Shown one piece after another: positions 28,215-37,326 of a stretch of 38,655 nt of DNA. The DNA comes from Thermodesulfobacteriota bacterium (GTDB lineage: Bacteria; Desulfobacterota; Binatia; Bin18). Location of the stretch: positions 1-38,655 of the forward strand of contig OZ219924.1 in the NCBI GenBank assembly GCA_964291405.2. The letters run 5' to 3'. The position numbers were made by a program, and so were the translations under genes. The notes beneath the pieces are model-generated. The model made no database searches. It was not told the DNA's origin and saw only the letters and a program-made list of their open reading frames with translations. Numbering within the stretch: position 1 is the stretch's first letter; the number at the start of each line of letters is the position of its first letter.

Positions 28215-28628
28215 CTAGATGGACTGTGCATGCTGACACCGATTGAAAATTGAGCCACTATACCTTTGACCGCTGTCGGTCTCGACAAAGCACACGTTGA
28301 AGCCTTTATCGTGACCGTGTGCTGGATCAACCATGAGAATGTCGCCATAAAAGCTGACCTCGTGCTGGCTGATACACACATTCCCGCTGTTCAATAGATG
28401 CTCGGGTTTCATGCCACCTAGAAATGAAAACACAAAGCAGGGCGGGACAAATCCATCTGTCGTCGAGAAAAAGTTTATCTGACATAACTTGTAAAAATTA
28501 CATAAATACTTGATTGACAGATACCCTGGCTTTAAGGCATTGAAAGTTGGAAAGGCAATGTCGATCCCAGGAACAGGAGTCGTTTTTAGAAAAATTGTCT
28601 TCACAAAGAAAACGAATGGAGGAAGAGG

Positions 28629-28874
28629 ATGGGAGATCCGGTGAAGATTGCGCAACGGATGCCGTATGTGCTGGAGATGGAGCCCGGCAAGTATTATTGG
28701 TGCCGGTGCGGCCGATCCAAGACGCAACCCTTTTGTGACGGGTCGCACACGGGCACGGAACATTCTCCGGTGGAGGTCGAACTGACGGAGAAAAAACGAG
28801 TAGCGTGGTGTGGATGTAAACATACGAATAAACAGCCATTTTGTGATGGTACCCATTCCGACCTGGAAGAATAG
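28629..28874 (+). CDS. CDGSH iron-sulfur protein with two domains (MiNT/CISD3-like)
   Basis: WCRCGRSKTQPFCDGSH and WCGCKHTNKQPFCDGTH. Confidence 0.93.
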   Translation: MGDPVKIAQRMPYVLEMEPGKYYWCRCGRSKTQPFCDGSHTGTEHSPVEVELTEKKRVAWCGCKHTNKQPFCDGTHSDLEE

Positions 28875-28960
28875 CGTTGCCTTTCCCGGGAGAATTTTTA
28901 TATAATCTCAGACTTCCGGACTCGAATTAAATTCTTCTGCTTGCCAAGGAGGATGAAACA

Positions 28961-29134
28961 ATGAAGAAGACCATACAGGGGATTGTAGGTGCGGCTTTCC
29001 TGGTTGCGAGTGCCTCGCCTGTCTTCGCCAATGAACCGGGTGGCGGATATGAAGGGATCACCGCCATGTACTATGGGATGATCGCCTTGGTTCTGGTTTA
29101 CGGGGCTTGGGATATTTTCTTCAAAAAAGACTGA
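28961..29134 (+). CDS. Small (57 aa) protein with signal peptide and one TM helix
   Basis: Below the ORF-track cutoff. MKKTIQGIVGAAFLVASASPVFA-NEPGGGYEGITAMYYGMIALVLVYGAWDIFFKKD; SD AAGGAGG; upstream TTGCCT-N18-TATAAT (28877-28906). Confidence 0.8.
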   Translation: MKKTIQGIVGAAFLVASASPVFANEPGGGYEGITAMYYGMIALVLVYGAWDIFFKKD

Positions 29135-29176
29135 GAAACCACTGACCAGTCTCCGAACGTCGCCTCCTTTCAGGTC

Positions 29177-29965
29177 CTACCTGGGCTGTGAAAGGAGGCG
29201 CTTCTTTTTGAGCAACGGTTCGATCACGTCAAACACCGTTTGCGAAACGATCCGGTACCCTTCTGCGGTGGGATGAATGCCGTCGGCTTGGTTTAATTCT
29301 TTCCTCGCCGCCACTCCTTCAAGAAAAAAAGGGATCAAGGTCACCGAGTGGTCTCGGGCTAATTGCTCAAACAGCGAGGCGAAGCCCGTGGTATAGTCCA
29401 AGCCGTAATTCGGCGGTATCTGCATCCCTGCCAGCACGACCTCGACGCCTGCTTGCCGTAACCCGTCGATGATCTTCGCTAAATTCGATGCCATGAGAGA
29501 CAAGGGCTGTCCCCGCAGGCCGTCGTTTGCGCCCAATTCGAGAATCACCATCGACGGCCGGCTTTTGAGAATCCAGTCGAGGCGGCGCAACCCGCCCGTC
29601 GTGGTGTCCCCGCTGACCCCGGCATTGATGACTTCATGGTGATAGCCTGCCTCGCGCAGGCGACGTTGCAGTTGAGCGGGATACGATTGGTCGGGAGAAA
29701 CGCCCAGCCCGGCGGTGAGGCTGTTCCCGAACGCCACGATTCGAGCGGGTTTCGTGACAACGCGGTCTGAACCGTTTGAAATGTGAGAAGACGCAACGTT
29801 TCCTGCAGGTTGCGTTTCCGTTGGGGGCAGAGCAGGATCTTTTGGGTCACACCCTCCCACTCCTGACAAAAGCAGGAAAATCCCTATAGCGGTCCACAAC
29901 CATCGTCCCGATTGCCTGAATCGTTGTGTGACGAAAGGGTGAAAAACGTGAGGGTCCGTCGTCAT
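29177..29965 (-). CDS. tesA: SGNH/GDSL arylesterase (TesA-like)
   Basis: AFGNSLTAG, NAGVSGDTT, ELGANDG, DGIHP; divergent from ybbA as in E. coli; start uncertain. Confidence 0.88.
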   Translation of the reverse strand: MTTDPHVFHPFVTQRFRQSGRWLWTAIGIFLLLSGVGGCDPKDPALPPTETQPAGNVASSHISNGSDRVVTKPARIVAFGNSLTAGLGVSPDQSYPAQLQRRLREAGYHHEVINAGVSGDTTTGGLRRLDWILKSRPSMVILELGANDGLRGQPLSLMASNLAKIIDGLRQAGVEVVLAGMQIPPNYGLDYTTGFASLFEQLARDHSVTLIPFFLEGVAARKELNQADGIHPTAEGYRIVSQTVFDVIEPLLKKKRLLSQPR

Positions 29966-30169
29966 AGGAACCCCTGCTTTATTGTGATAGCGGGATGCAG
30001 GGCAAGGCGTCCCGGAGCGAAACCCGAGGCTTATCATAGAGATAGGTGAGGGTTGAGTGAGGACACAACGCAGCCATGCGCCCGATAGTGCAGTAAATCA
30101 GAGGTTCCCATAGTGTATAATAGACCGCATTGATGCAAGTTTGCCAAGAGGAAAGAGACGGTTCAGGGC

Positions 30170-30847
30170 ATGATTCGCGTTGAGAATCTGACCATGCAAC
30201 TCCGGGGCGGCGGCCACGTGGTGTCCATCCTCAAGGGGTTGAACTTTGAGGTGCCGCGAAAACAGATGGTGTCCATTGTGGGTCCGTCGGGGAGCGGGAA
30301 ATCCACCCTGCTGGGACTGTTGGCCGGATTGGATAAACCAACCACCGGCTCCATTTGGTTGAACGGCCAGGAGATCACGACGTGGACGGAGTATCAACTG
30401 GCGCACTATCGACGTCAAAATATCGGATATCTGTTTCAGGCCTTTCATCTCATCCCCACCTTGACGGCCCTGGAGAACGTCATGCTTCCCATGGAATTGA
30501 GCGGCGATGCGACTGCGAAGAATCGCGCCCGTGATTTGTTGGAGGCCGTGGAGCTGCAAGACCGTGAGGACCACTATCCCTCGCAACTCTCCGGGGGCGA
30601 GCAGCAGCGCGTGGCGGTGGCGCGTGCCTTTTCCTGCCGCCCTCCGATTTTGCTGGCGGACGAGCCGACCGGGAATCTGGACAGTGCCACCGGGCAACTG
30701 GTGATTGATTTGTTGCTCAGGCTTCATCGCGATCAGGGGAGCACGTTGCTCCTCGTCACGCACGATGCCACGCTCGCCGAACAAACGGAGAGGATTATCA
30801 CCCTTCACGACGGCACGATTGCGTCGGACACGCTGGTTCGTTCATAG
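30170..30847 (+). CDS. ybbA: ABC transporter ATP-binding protein (YbbA/LolD-like)
   Basis: [33 protein letters not shown]. Confidence 0.92.
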   Translation: MIRVENLTMQLRGGGHVVSILKGLNFEVPRKQMVSIVGPSGSGKSTLLGLLAGLDKPTTGSIWLNGQEITTWTEYQLAHYRRQNIGYLFQAFHLIPTLTALENVMLPMELSGDATAKNRARDLLEAVELQDREDHYPSQLSGGEQQRVAVARAFSCRPPILLADEPTGNLDSATGQLVIDLLLRLHRDQGSTLLLVTHDATLAEQTERIITLHDGTIASDTLVRS

Positions 30848-30850
30848 CTC

Positions 30851-33502
30851 ATGCAGCGAGTACCCATTTCGTTCCTCATGGCGTGGCGGGAAATCCGGGG
30901 CAGTTGGCGGCAGTTTGTCTTCTTCCTGGCCTGTTTGGCCGTCGGCGTGGGGGCCGTCGTAGGCATTGAATTGTTTGCGACAAACGTGGAATCCCTCATC
31001 CTCCGCGATGCCAGGAGTCTTTTGGGCGGCGATCTGGAAATTCGTGCGGCCCATCAATTGAGTGAATCCGGCAGAGAGACCTTGGATGACCTGAGAGGGC
31101 GCCACGTCGCGGTGACGCACGTGAGGGAACTTGTGGGCATGGCGGCCGTTCCCGTGGAGGAGCATTCCCGACAGCCCGGGACTCAATCGACGCAGTTGGT
31201 TGAACTCAAGGCCGTTGAAGAACAATACCCGTTGTACGGGCAGGTGGAGATGAGCCCTCACCAATCTCTCCATGATGCGCTTGCCCCCTTCGACTGTCCT
31301 TCACGCCCCTGCTTCGGGGCCGTGGTGCAGGAATCCTTGCTGATCAGCTTCGGGCTTCAGCTCCACGATCACGTCAAGATCGGACAAGCCTGGTTTGCCG
31401 TGACCGGGACCCTCGTCAAAGAGCCGGACCGCGTGGCCAGCGCCTTCAGCTTGGGGCCGCGAGTCCTGATCTCCCGGCAGGCGTTAGAAGCGACGGATCT
31501 GGTCAAGCCGGGCAGCCGGATTCGTGAGCGCTACCTGCTTCGCGTTCCGGAATCGCTTGCGCTTGGCCCTCTCAGGGGCGAACTGCAAGGACGACTGGGA
31601 CCCGAGGGGGCCGGCGTCTCATCGTATCGTGACGCCCAACCGCGGATTCGGAGATTCCTGGATCAGCTCACCATCTATTTGGGCCTCATCGGCCTGACCT
31701 CACTGTTTGTGGGTGGGATCGGTATTGCCTGCACCATTCACGGATTCATGCGGCACAAACTCACGACCGTGGCGATTCTGAAGACCCTGGGAGCCGACGC
31801 CGGCCTGTTGATCCGGGTGTATCTGTTGCAGAGTCTGTTCATGGGATTACTCGGCAGCATGGGGGGAGTGGCCATAGGAGTCGGCCTGCAAAGGCTGTTG
31901 CCCGCGCTCCTGGGTGAACTCATTCCGGTTGTCGTCAGCAGCCAGGTCACCGTGTTGCCATTGAGTAAAGGCCTGCTGGTGGGGGTGGTGACGACGTTCT
32001 GTTTTACGATTTGGCCGTTACTCGCCATCAGGGAAATCCCGCCCGCGCTGGTCTTCCGGCGTGAAGTGGAGCAACATCATGTTCCGGCTGGTTCACGTTG
32101 GAAATTGATACGGGACGCAGTGATCGGCATTGTACGAGACCGCCATCGGCTCGGCACGGCCGTGATGATGTGTTGCGGCCTGACCGTCCTCGCCACGTGG
32201 CAAGCGCGCTCACTCACGTTGGGGGCGCTCTTTATCGTTGCGTTTTGCGCCGCGGTGATTCTGCTTCAAGTCGGCGTATGGGCGTTGCTCCATGGGCTAA
32301 ACAAACTTCCCCGTCCCCGTTCATTCGTGATCAGGCAGGCGTTAGGCAACGTGCAACGACCGGGCAATTTCACCCGGGGCATGGCCGTGGCGATCGGGGT
32401 GGGCGTCATGGTCATCGTGACGGTCGCGCTGGTGAAATCGTCGTTGCTCGTCGCCTTGGGAGAACGCATCCCAAAGGATGCCCCGACGTTTTTCTTCATC
32501 GACATTCAACCGGATCAACGGGAATCGTTTGAAGCGATCGTGCAACGGGAAGCCCCGCAGGCTCCGTACCGGCTCACTCCCGTGGTCCGGGCGCGGCTGA
32601 GGGCGCTTGACGGGAACGTGATCGATCCGGAAGAGCACAAGGGCAAGAAGAACGGATGGTACTTCACCCGGGAATACGTGCTCACCGCGCTCGCGACGCT
32701 TCCCCGGGACAACGTCGTGGTTAAAGGGGCATGGTGGCCGGCAGATTCGCGAGACGTGAAGCAAACGGATGCTCGGCAGCAGGGAGCCGCCATCCGCGTG
32801 TCGGTTGAGGACCAGGCTGCTGTCAATCTCGGCGTGGACGTAGGGTCCACGATCGAATTCCTTGTGCAAGGAACGCCCTTGCCGGCCGTTGTCGAAAATA
32901 CGAGAAAGGTTGACTGGGGAAGTTTCTCCATGAACTTTTTCATGATTCTTGCACCAGGCGCGCTGGAAGGAGCGCCGATGACCTACATTTCTTCGGCGAA
33001 GGTCGAAACTGACGAAGAACTGCCACTCCAGCACGCACTGGTTCGAGCCCTTCCCAACGTGACGGCGATCAAGGTCGGCGACGTGCTGGCCAACGTGGCG
33101 AGGTTGTTGGAACAGTTGGCCTGGGCCATTCAGGGGATCGCGCTGTTGAGTATGGTGAGCGGCGCGGTCGTCATGACCGCGGCCGTCTCCTCGACACGGT
33201 ACCGTCGTCTATACGAATCGGCCATTCTCAAGGCGATTGGCGGCACGCGACGGATCGTTGTGTCATCCTTTGCCGTAGAGTTTGCCCTGATTGGGGGGCT
33301 GGCAGGTCTGATCGGCGTGGGATTAGCCAGCGCGCTTTCCTGCGCCATCCTGCACTTTTTCCTGGATCTCGTCTGGGCTGTTCAACCCCTGGTGCTGGGC
33401 TGGGGACTGCTGGCCACCGTCGGCCTGGCCGTGGCCGTCGGGTTGCTGAGCACCTTCAAAATTCTCGGCGAACCGCCGTTGGCCGTGTTAAGGCAGGAAT
33501 AG
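30851..33502 (+). CDS. ybbP: ABC transporter permease, FtsX/MacB type (YbbP-like)
   Basis: LLGGDL, LVELKAV..YPLYG, PTFFFIDIQPDQ, RKVDW..NFF; two FtsX-like TM blocks. Confidence 0.9.
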   Translation: MQRVPISFLMAWREIRGSWRQFVFFLACLAVGVGAVVGIELFATNVESLILRDARSLLGGDLEIRAAHQLSESGRETLDDLRGRHVAVTHVRELVGMAAVPVEEHSRQPGTQSTQLVELKAVEEQYPLYGQVEMSPHQSLHDALAPFDCPSRPCFGAVVQESLLISFGLQLHDHVKIGQAWFAVTGTLVKEPDRVASAFSLGPRVLISRQALEATDLVKPGSRIRERYLLRVPESLALGPLRGELQGRLGPEGAGVSSYRDAQPRIRRFLDQLTIYLGLIGLTSLFVGGIGIACTIHGFMRHKLTTVAILKTLGADAGLLIRVYLLQSLFMGLLGSMGGVAIGVGLQRLLPALLGELIPVVVSSQVTVLPLSKGLLVGVVTTFCFTIWPLLAIREIPPALVFRREVEQHHVPAGSRWKLIRDAVIGIVRDRHRLGTAVMMCCGLTVLATWQARSLTLGALFIVAFCAAVILLQVGVWALLHGLNKLPRPRSFVIRQALGNVQRPGNFTRGMAVAIGVGVMVIVTVALVKSSLLVALGERIPKDAPTFFFIDIQPDQRESFEAIVQREAPQAPYRLTPVVRARLRALDGNVIDPEEHKGKKNGWYFTREYVLTALATLPRDNVVVKGAWWPADSRDVKQTDARQQGAAIRVSVEDQAAVNLGVDVGSTIEFLVQGTPLPAVVENTRKVDWGSFSMNFFMILAPGALEGAPMTYISSAKVETDEELPLQHALVRALPNVTAIKVGDVLANVARLLEQLAWAIQGIALLSMVSGAVVMTAAVSSTRYRRLYESAILKAIGGTRRIVVSSFAVEFALIGGLAGLIGVGLASALSCAILHFFLDLVWAVQPLVLGWGLLATVGLAVAVGLLSTFKILGEPPLAVLRQE

Positions 33503-33604
33503 GAAAGAGATCAGCCACAAAAGACTGAGCCAAAGCCTGAATTGACAAAAATAGAGAAATTCCTACAAAAATAGATAAGAAAGCAAGCATTCAAGAGTAA
33601 GAAC

Positions 33605-33823
33605 ATGCGTGTCACCGGAAGAGGACAAATTACCATACCCATTTCACTGCGAAAACGGTATGGACTTCATCCGAATGTCCAAGTGGAATTTCTCGCTGAA
33701 GCTGAAAGCATTCGAATACAGAAACGGGGCACCGGGTCCTCGAATCCTTTTCGTGCGTTGAGGGGGGTCGTGAAAAAACGACTGGCAGTCGACCGGTATA
33801 TCGAAGAGATTCGAGGGCGATGA
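33605..33823 (+). CDS. AbrB/MazE/SpoVT-family antitoxin (VapB-like)
   Basis: MRVTGRGQITIPISLRKRYGL; ATGA overlap with the PIN gene. Confidence 0.88.
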   Translation: MRVTGRGQITIPISLRKRYGLHPNVQVEFLAEAESIRIQKRGTGSSNPFRALRGVVKKRLAVDRYIEEIRGR

Positions 33824-34215
33824 TTACGGCGGCGGATACCAGCATCCTCCTCGATGTCCTTGTTGATGCCGATGACGCCGATCAATCAGAAGCCCTGCTC
33901 ATCCAAGCCTATGAACAAGGAAGTCTCATCATTTCTCCTGCGGTCTATGCCGAACTCGTGCCATAGACTCAAAGCCAGGATGAACTTGATCGTTGGCTGA
34001 GCCTTGGCGGAATCGACGTCGTTCCTTTCACAAAAGAACATGCGTACACCGCAGGCTTAGCTCATGCCGCCTATCGAAAGGCCGGCGGGAAGCGCGTTCG
34101 TATTCTGGCGGACTTTTTCATCGGTGCGCATGCCCTCCATGAAGCCAACGTGTTGCTCACGCGGGACCGAGGCTTCTATCGAAAGTATTTTTCCGGCTTG
34201 GCAGTCGTTATTTGA
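33820..34215 (+). pseudogene. vapC: PIN-domain VapC toxin interrupted by an in-frame TAG at codon 49 (33964-33966)
   Basis: MITAADTSILLD..AVYAELVP*TQSQ..RILADFFIGAHA..LLTRDRGFYRKYF. Both halves are in the same frame and the PIN acidic residues are intact. Confidence 0.85.
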
Positions 34216-34420
34216 CGAATCGTTGCTGGATGCTCCCGGTATTTCGTGCAATCGAATTTAGCATCGCGATTTCCCCTTTACCTTCTCAAGCCGCGACTGT
34301 TTAATGTTTGTTTTCTGACTCAGGTGCGATCGTGCCGGTGAATCATTGCCGCCACACGCGTTGTTGCTCCCGACTGCAGGGATGACTGAAAAATTTCTGC
34401 AAATGCTTTTCAAAAGGAGC

Positions 34421-34448
34421 TTGACTTGAAAATCTAAATTGTTATTAT
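34421..34448 (+). promoter_or_regulatory. Putative sigma70 promoter for the lipoprotein operon
   Basis: TTGACT-N16-TATTAT with extended TGn. Confidence 0.5.
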
Positions 34449-34487
34449 GAAGTTCTTTGCGTGGCCAAAGTCAAGAAGACGGAATCC

Positions 34488-35465
34488 ATGATGATGCAGA
34501 CGATCCTACTGTTATTCTCGATGCTGTTCGCAAGTTGTGCGACTTATGACCAACGAGAAGTCGTCCAATCTCTCCCCGAACCCCAAAACACGTCAAGCCA
34601 ACTTCCTGCGATTGACAGTTCCGTCCAAGCAACCGAACCCGCTCAGCGGGTGTTGAAGCGGAAAGTCGCCTTGGCGCGCTTTACGAATGAAACCAAATAC
34701 GGCTCCGGACTGTTTGTTGACAAAAATTATGACCGCCTCGGCAAACAAGCCTCCGATATTCTGGCCTCTGAATTGACCAAGTCGGGAAAGTTTATTGTTC
34801 TGGAACGCACCGACCTCAACAAACTCGAAGCCGAGAGTGAGTTGCTGGGCTTCACCCCAGAGGAATTCAAGAAAAATCTGGTCGGGGTCGATGCCCTGCT
34901 CTTGGGTTCTATTGTGGAATTCGGACGAAAAGACACCGGAGAAGTCGTGCTCTTTTCCCGCTCGAGAAAACAAGCGGCCCATGCCAAAGTGAATGTTCGA
35001 TTGGTGGACCCTCGAACCGGCCACGTCTTCTATAGCGAAGACGGGGGCGGAGAAGCGTCTTTGGACTCGACCACCTTTTTGGGACTGGGAGACCGGGCGA
35101 CCTTCGACTCGACCCTGAACGACAAGGCCTTATCCGCCGCCGTGGCGAACTTATTGGACAAATTGCTCAATCAACTGTCCGACAAGCCTTGGACAAGCGG
35201 CATTCTTTCCATAGAAGGGGAGAACGTTCTCATATCCGGGGGGGCGCGGCAAGGCCTGAAAATCGGTGACCGGCTGCTGGTCATGCAACCGGGGAAAGTG
35301 GTTAAAAGTCCGCAGACCGGATTTAATATTCAGCTTCCTCATACACAAGTCGGCGAACTGGAGATAACAGGATTTTTTGGCAATTCGGAAACGAATGAGG
35401 GATCAATCTGTCGCGTCGTGGAAGGGGGTCTTCCCGACACGGATCATATCATTCAATTTAAATGA
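34488..35465 (+). CDS. CsgG/HfaB-family lipoprotein
   Basis: Lipobox LFASC; LKRKVALARFTNET.YG, GKQASDIL, FIVLER, EFGRK, VRLVD..TG; ATG 34488 preferred over GTG 34461. Confidence 0.85.
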   Translation: MMMQTILLLFSMLFASCATYDQREVVQSLPEPQNTSSQLPAIDSSVQATEPAQRVLKRKVALARFTNETKYGSGLFVDKNYDRLGKQASDILASELTKSGKFIVLERTDLNKLEAESELLGFTPEEFKKNLVGVDALLLGSIVEFGRKDTGEVVLFSRSRKQAAHAKVNVRLVDPRTGHVFYSEDGGGEASLDSTTFLGLGDRATFDSTLNDKALSAAVANLLDKLLNQLSDKPWTSGILSIEGENVLISGGARQGLKIGDRLLVMQPGKVVKSPQTGFNIQLPHTQVGELEITGFFGNSETNEGSICRVVEGGLPDTDHIIQFK

Positions 35466-35474
35466 GGAATGGTT

Positions 35475-35837
35475 ATGTCGAGCAGGATTCTTACCCTGGC
35501 ATGCATCGGTTTAGGGGCATTGATCTCCTTGGCGGGGTGCGGGTTGATGGCCCCGGTGGTGGGCCCGGTATATCAATCGTCAACGAGCAACGTGGATCAG
35601 GGAAAGGCGGAGGGCTATATCCGCTTCGTCAATGCGACGAGTGAACATGAGATCTTCATTGACGGAACGTCGATCGGTTCAGGCGAAGCGTATGATTCCG
35701 GGGCAACGGGAACGCAAGGCGTACTGGCCGTTTCTTCGGGGACCCATCTGGTGGAGATCAGGAGGGGCAGCCAAATGCTGTACCAGAGAAAAGTGTTCCT
35801 GGGTACGGGCGTGACAAGGAGCATCACTATTCCATGA
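35475..35837 (+). CDS. Hypothetical lipoprotein (PEGA-like beta domain)
   Basis: Lipobox SLAGC; EIFIDG..IG and V..GTHLVEI pattern; SD GAGGA; alternative start 35469. Confidence 0.75.
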   Translation: MSSRILTLACIGLGALISLAGCGLMAPVVGPVYQSSTSNVDQGKAEGYIRFVNATSEHEIFIDGTSIGSGEAYDSGATGTQGVLAVSSGTHLVEIRRGSQMLYQRKVFLGTGVTRSITIP

Positions 35838-36199
35838 AGACCAAACTGTACAAAGGGATGATCCTACTGGTTTTCTGCGTACTACCGGCCTGCGGCGGGC
35901 AGCCTGCGCTGTATCATTGGGGGGAGTACGAAGACAGCCTGTACCTCCGTGCGACGGATACCAGCGAGAAAGCGCAGGCGGAAGCCTTACGTATGCTCGA
36001 AGCGACCATCAACGAAGCCGAGGAAAACAACGCAAGACTGGCGCCGGGCGTGTATGCGGACTACGGATATCTGTTGTTCAAACAAGGTCGCATGCAGGAA
36101 GCTCTGGCGAATTTCAAGAAAGAAGCGGCGCTGTATCCCGAGTCGAAATATTTTATGGATTCCGTCATATCTCGAATACAGGATAAGGAAAAATCATGA
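35834..36199 (+). CDS. DUF4810-family lipoprotein (TPR-like)
   Basis: Lipobox LPAC; LYHWGEYE, PGVYADYGYL, E..LYPES. Confidence 0.85.
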   Translation: MKTKLYKGMILLVFCVLPACGGQPALYHWGEYEDSLYLRATDTSEKAQAEALRMLEATINEAEENNARLAPGVYADYGYLLFKQGRMQEALANFKKEAALYPESKYFMDSVISRIQDKEKS

Positions 36200-36837
36200 G
36201 ACGGTTGTTGCTTGTGCTCGGCGGAATAATTTTCTTGTTGCAGGGGTGTGTCGCTCCACCCGACTACCACTATGCAAAATTTTTTGAAAATCATCCCAGG
36301 TCGATTCTGGTACTCCCTCCTTTCAATGAAAGCACAGCCGCTGATGCTCCCATCCTTTTCAATACGACGGTCAGCCAGCCGTTTGGCGAGATGGGGTACT
36401 ACGTGTTCCCGGTCTTTTTAACAAAAGACGTGTTGATAGACATGGGCCTGAGTGACGAAGGGTTGTTGAAAGAAACCCCGCTTCAAACGTTCAAGGACGT
36501 GTTCGGGGCTGACGCGGCACTCTATATTACCGTGAAAGAATGGGTGACCACCTATCTGGCTATTTCTTCATCGGTCACCGTTGAAGCCAATTACAAGCTG
36601 GTGGATACGACCACGGAAGAAGTCCTGTGGGAAAGAACGGAGCGTGTCACTAAGGACAGTAGCGGTTCGAATCTCATTGAGGCCGTTGTCAATGCTGCCT
36701 TGAATGCCATGTTGACGGAGTATCGACCACTTGCAAGGCACATTAATCTGCAAGTGGTATCAAAACCGAGTGCGGGTCTTCCCACAGGGCCCTATCACCA
36801 AAACTACAAAAAAGACTATAACAGCTTTACGCCCTAG
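36196..36837 (+). CDS. DUF799 / GNA1162-family lipoprotein
   Basis: Lipobox LQGC; PRSILVLPP.NES, GYYVFPV, FGADAALY, GLP.GPY. Confidence 0.85.
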   Translation: MRRLLLVLGGIIFLLQGCVAPPDYHYAKFFENHPRSILVLPPFNESTAADAPILFNTTVSQPFGEMGYYVFPVFLTKDVLIDMGLSDEGLLKETPLQTFKDVFGADAALYITVKEWVTTYLAISSSVTVEANYKLVDTTTEEVLWERTERVTKDSSGSNLIEAVVNAALNAMLTEYRPLARHINLQVVSKPSAGLPTGPYHQNYKKDYNSFTP

Positions 36838-36921
36838 TCCGTAACGTTGTTTCTCTTCTCGAGATAAATTGATAGTCAATCCACTCCTCTGCGAGTCGGT
36901 TGCTCCCTGAACAAAACCCCC

Positions 36922-36937
36922 GTTCGAGTCCCGGCTT
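36922..36937. repeat. 16-bp perfect inverted copy of the tRNA-Leu T-loop/3' acceptor segment
   Basis: GTTCGAGTCCCGGCTT (36922-36937) is the exact reverse complement of AAGCCGGGACTCGAAC (37008-37023). Confidence 0.8.
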
Positions 36938-36999
36938 TACTTCTATTGTCGATGGTGTTGCCTCTGGTGGGAAACAACTCTTGCTGTTTGTTGCGCTTA

Positions 37000-37084
37000 T
37001 GGTGCCGAAGCCGGGACTCGAACCCGGATGGGTTGCCCCACACGCCCCTCAAACGTGCGTGTCTACCAGTTCCACCACTTCGGC
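37000..37084 (-). tRNA. tRNA-Leu (GAG)
   Basis: GCCGAAGTGGTGGAACTGGTAGACACGCACGTTTGAGGGGCGTG, long variable arm, GGTTCGAGTCCCGGCTTCGGCACCA. Confidence 0.96.
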
Positions 37085-37326
37085 ATGACAGAATTATAGG
37101 AAGGGGTTCGAATGGTTGTCAATTAACGGGACCTTCGGTACAATTAGCAAAGGAACCTCTGATTTCTTGCACTATCGGGCGCATGGCTGCGTTGTGTCCT
37201 CGCTCAACCCTCACCTATCTGTATGATAAGCTTCGGGTTTCGCTCCGGGACGCCTTGCCCTGCATCCCGCTATCACAATAAATTAGAGGTTCCTAAATTA
37301 TACTGGTGCTGATCCAAGCTTTGTTG

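Noticed and set aside
12418-28620. BREX island integrated at tRNA-Gly
   Set aside because: Two ordinary-looking genes separate the tRNA from the BREX block, and I found no direct repeat of the tRNA 3' end by eye.
29700-29745. GNSL instead of GDSL in TesA as a sign of inactivation
   Set aside because: The catalytic Ser, Gly, Asn and DxxH residues are all present, so this is likely a tolerated variant.
33964-33966. Pyrrolysine or genetic-code reassignment of TAG
   Set aside because: TAG terminates many normal genes here (e.g. 1577, 6962, 33502, 36837) and no pyl genes are in the window.
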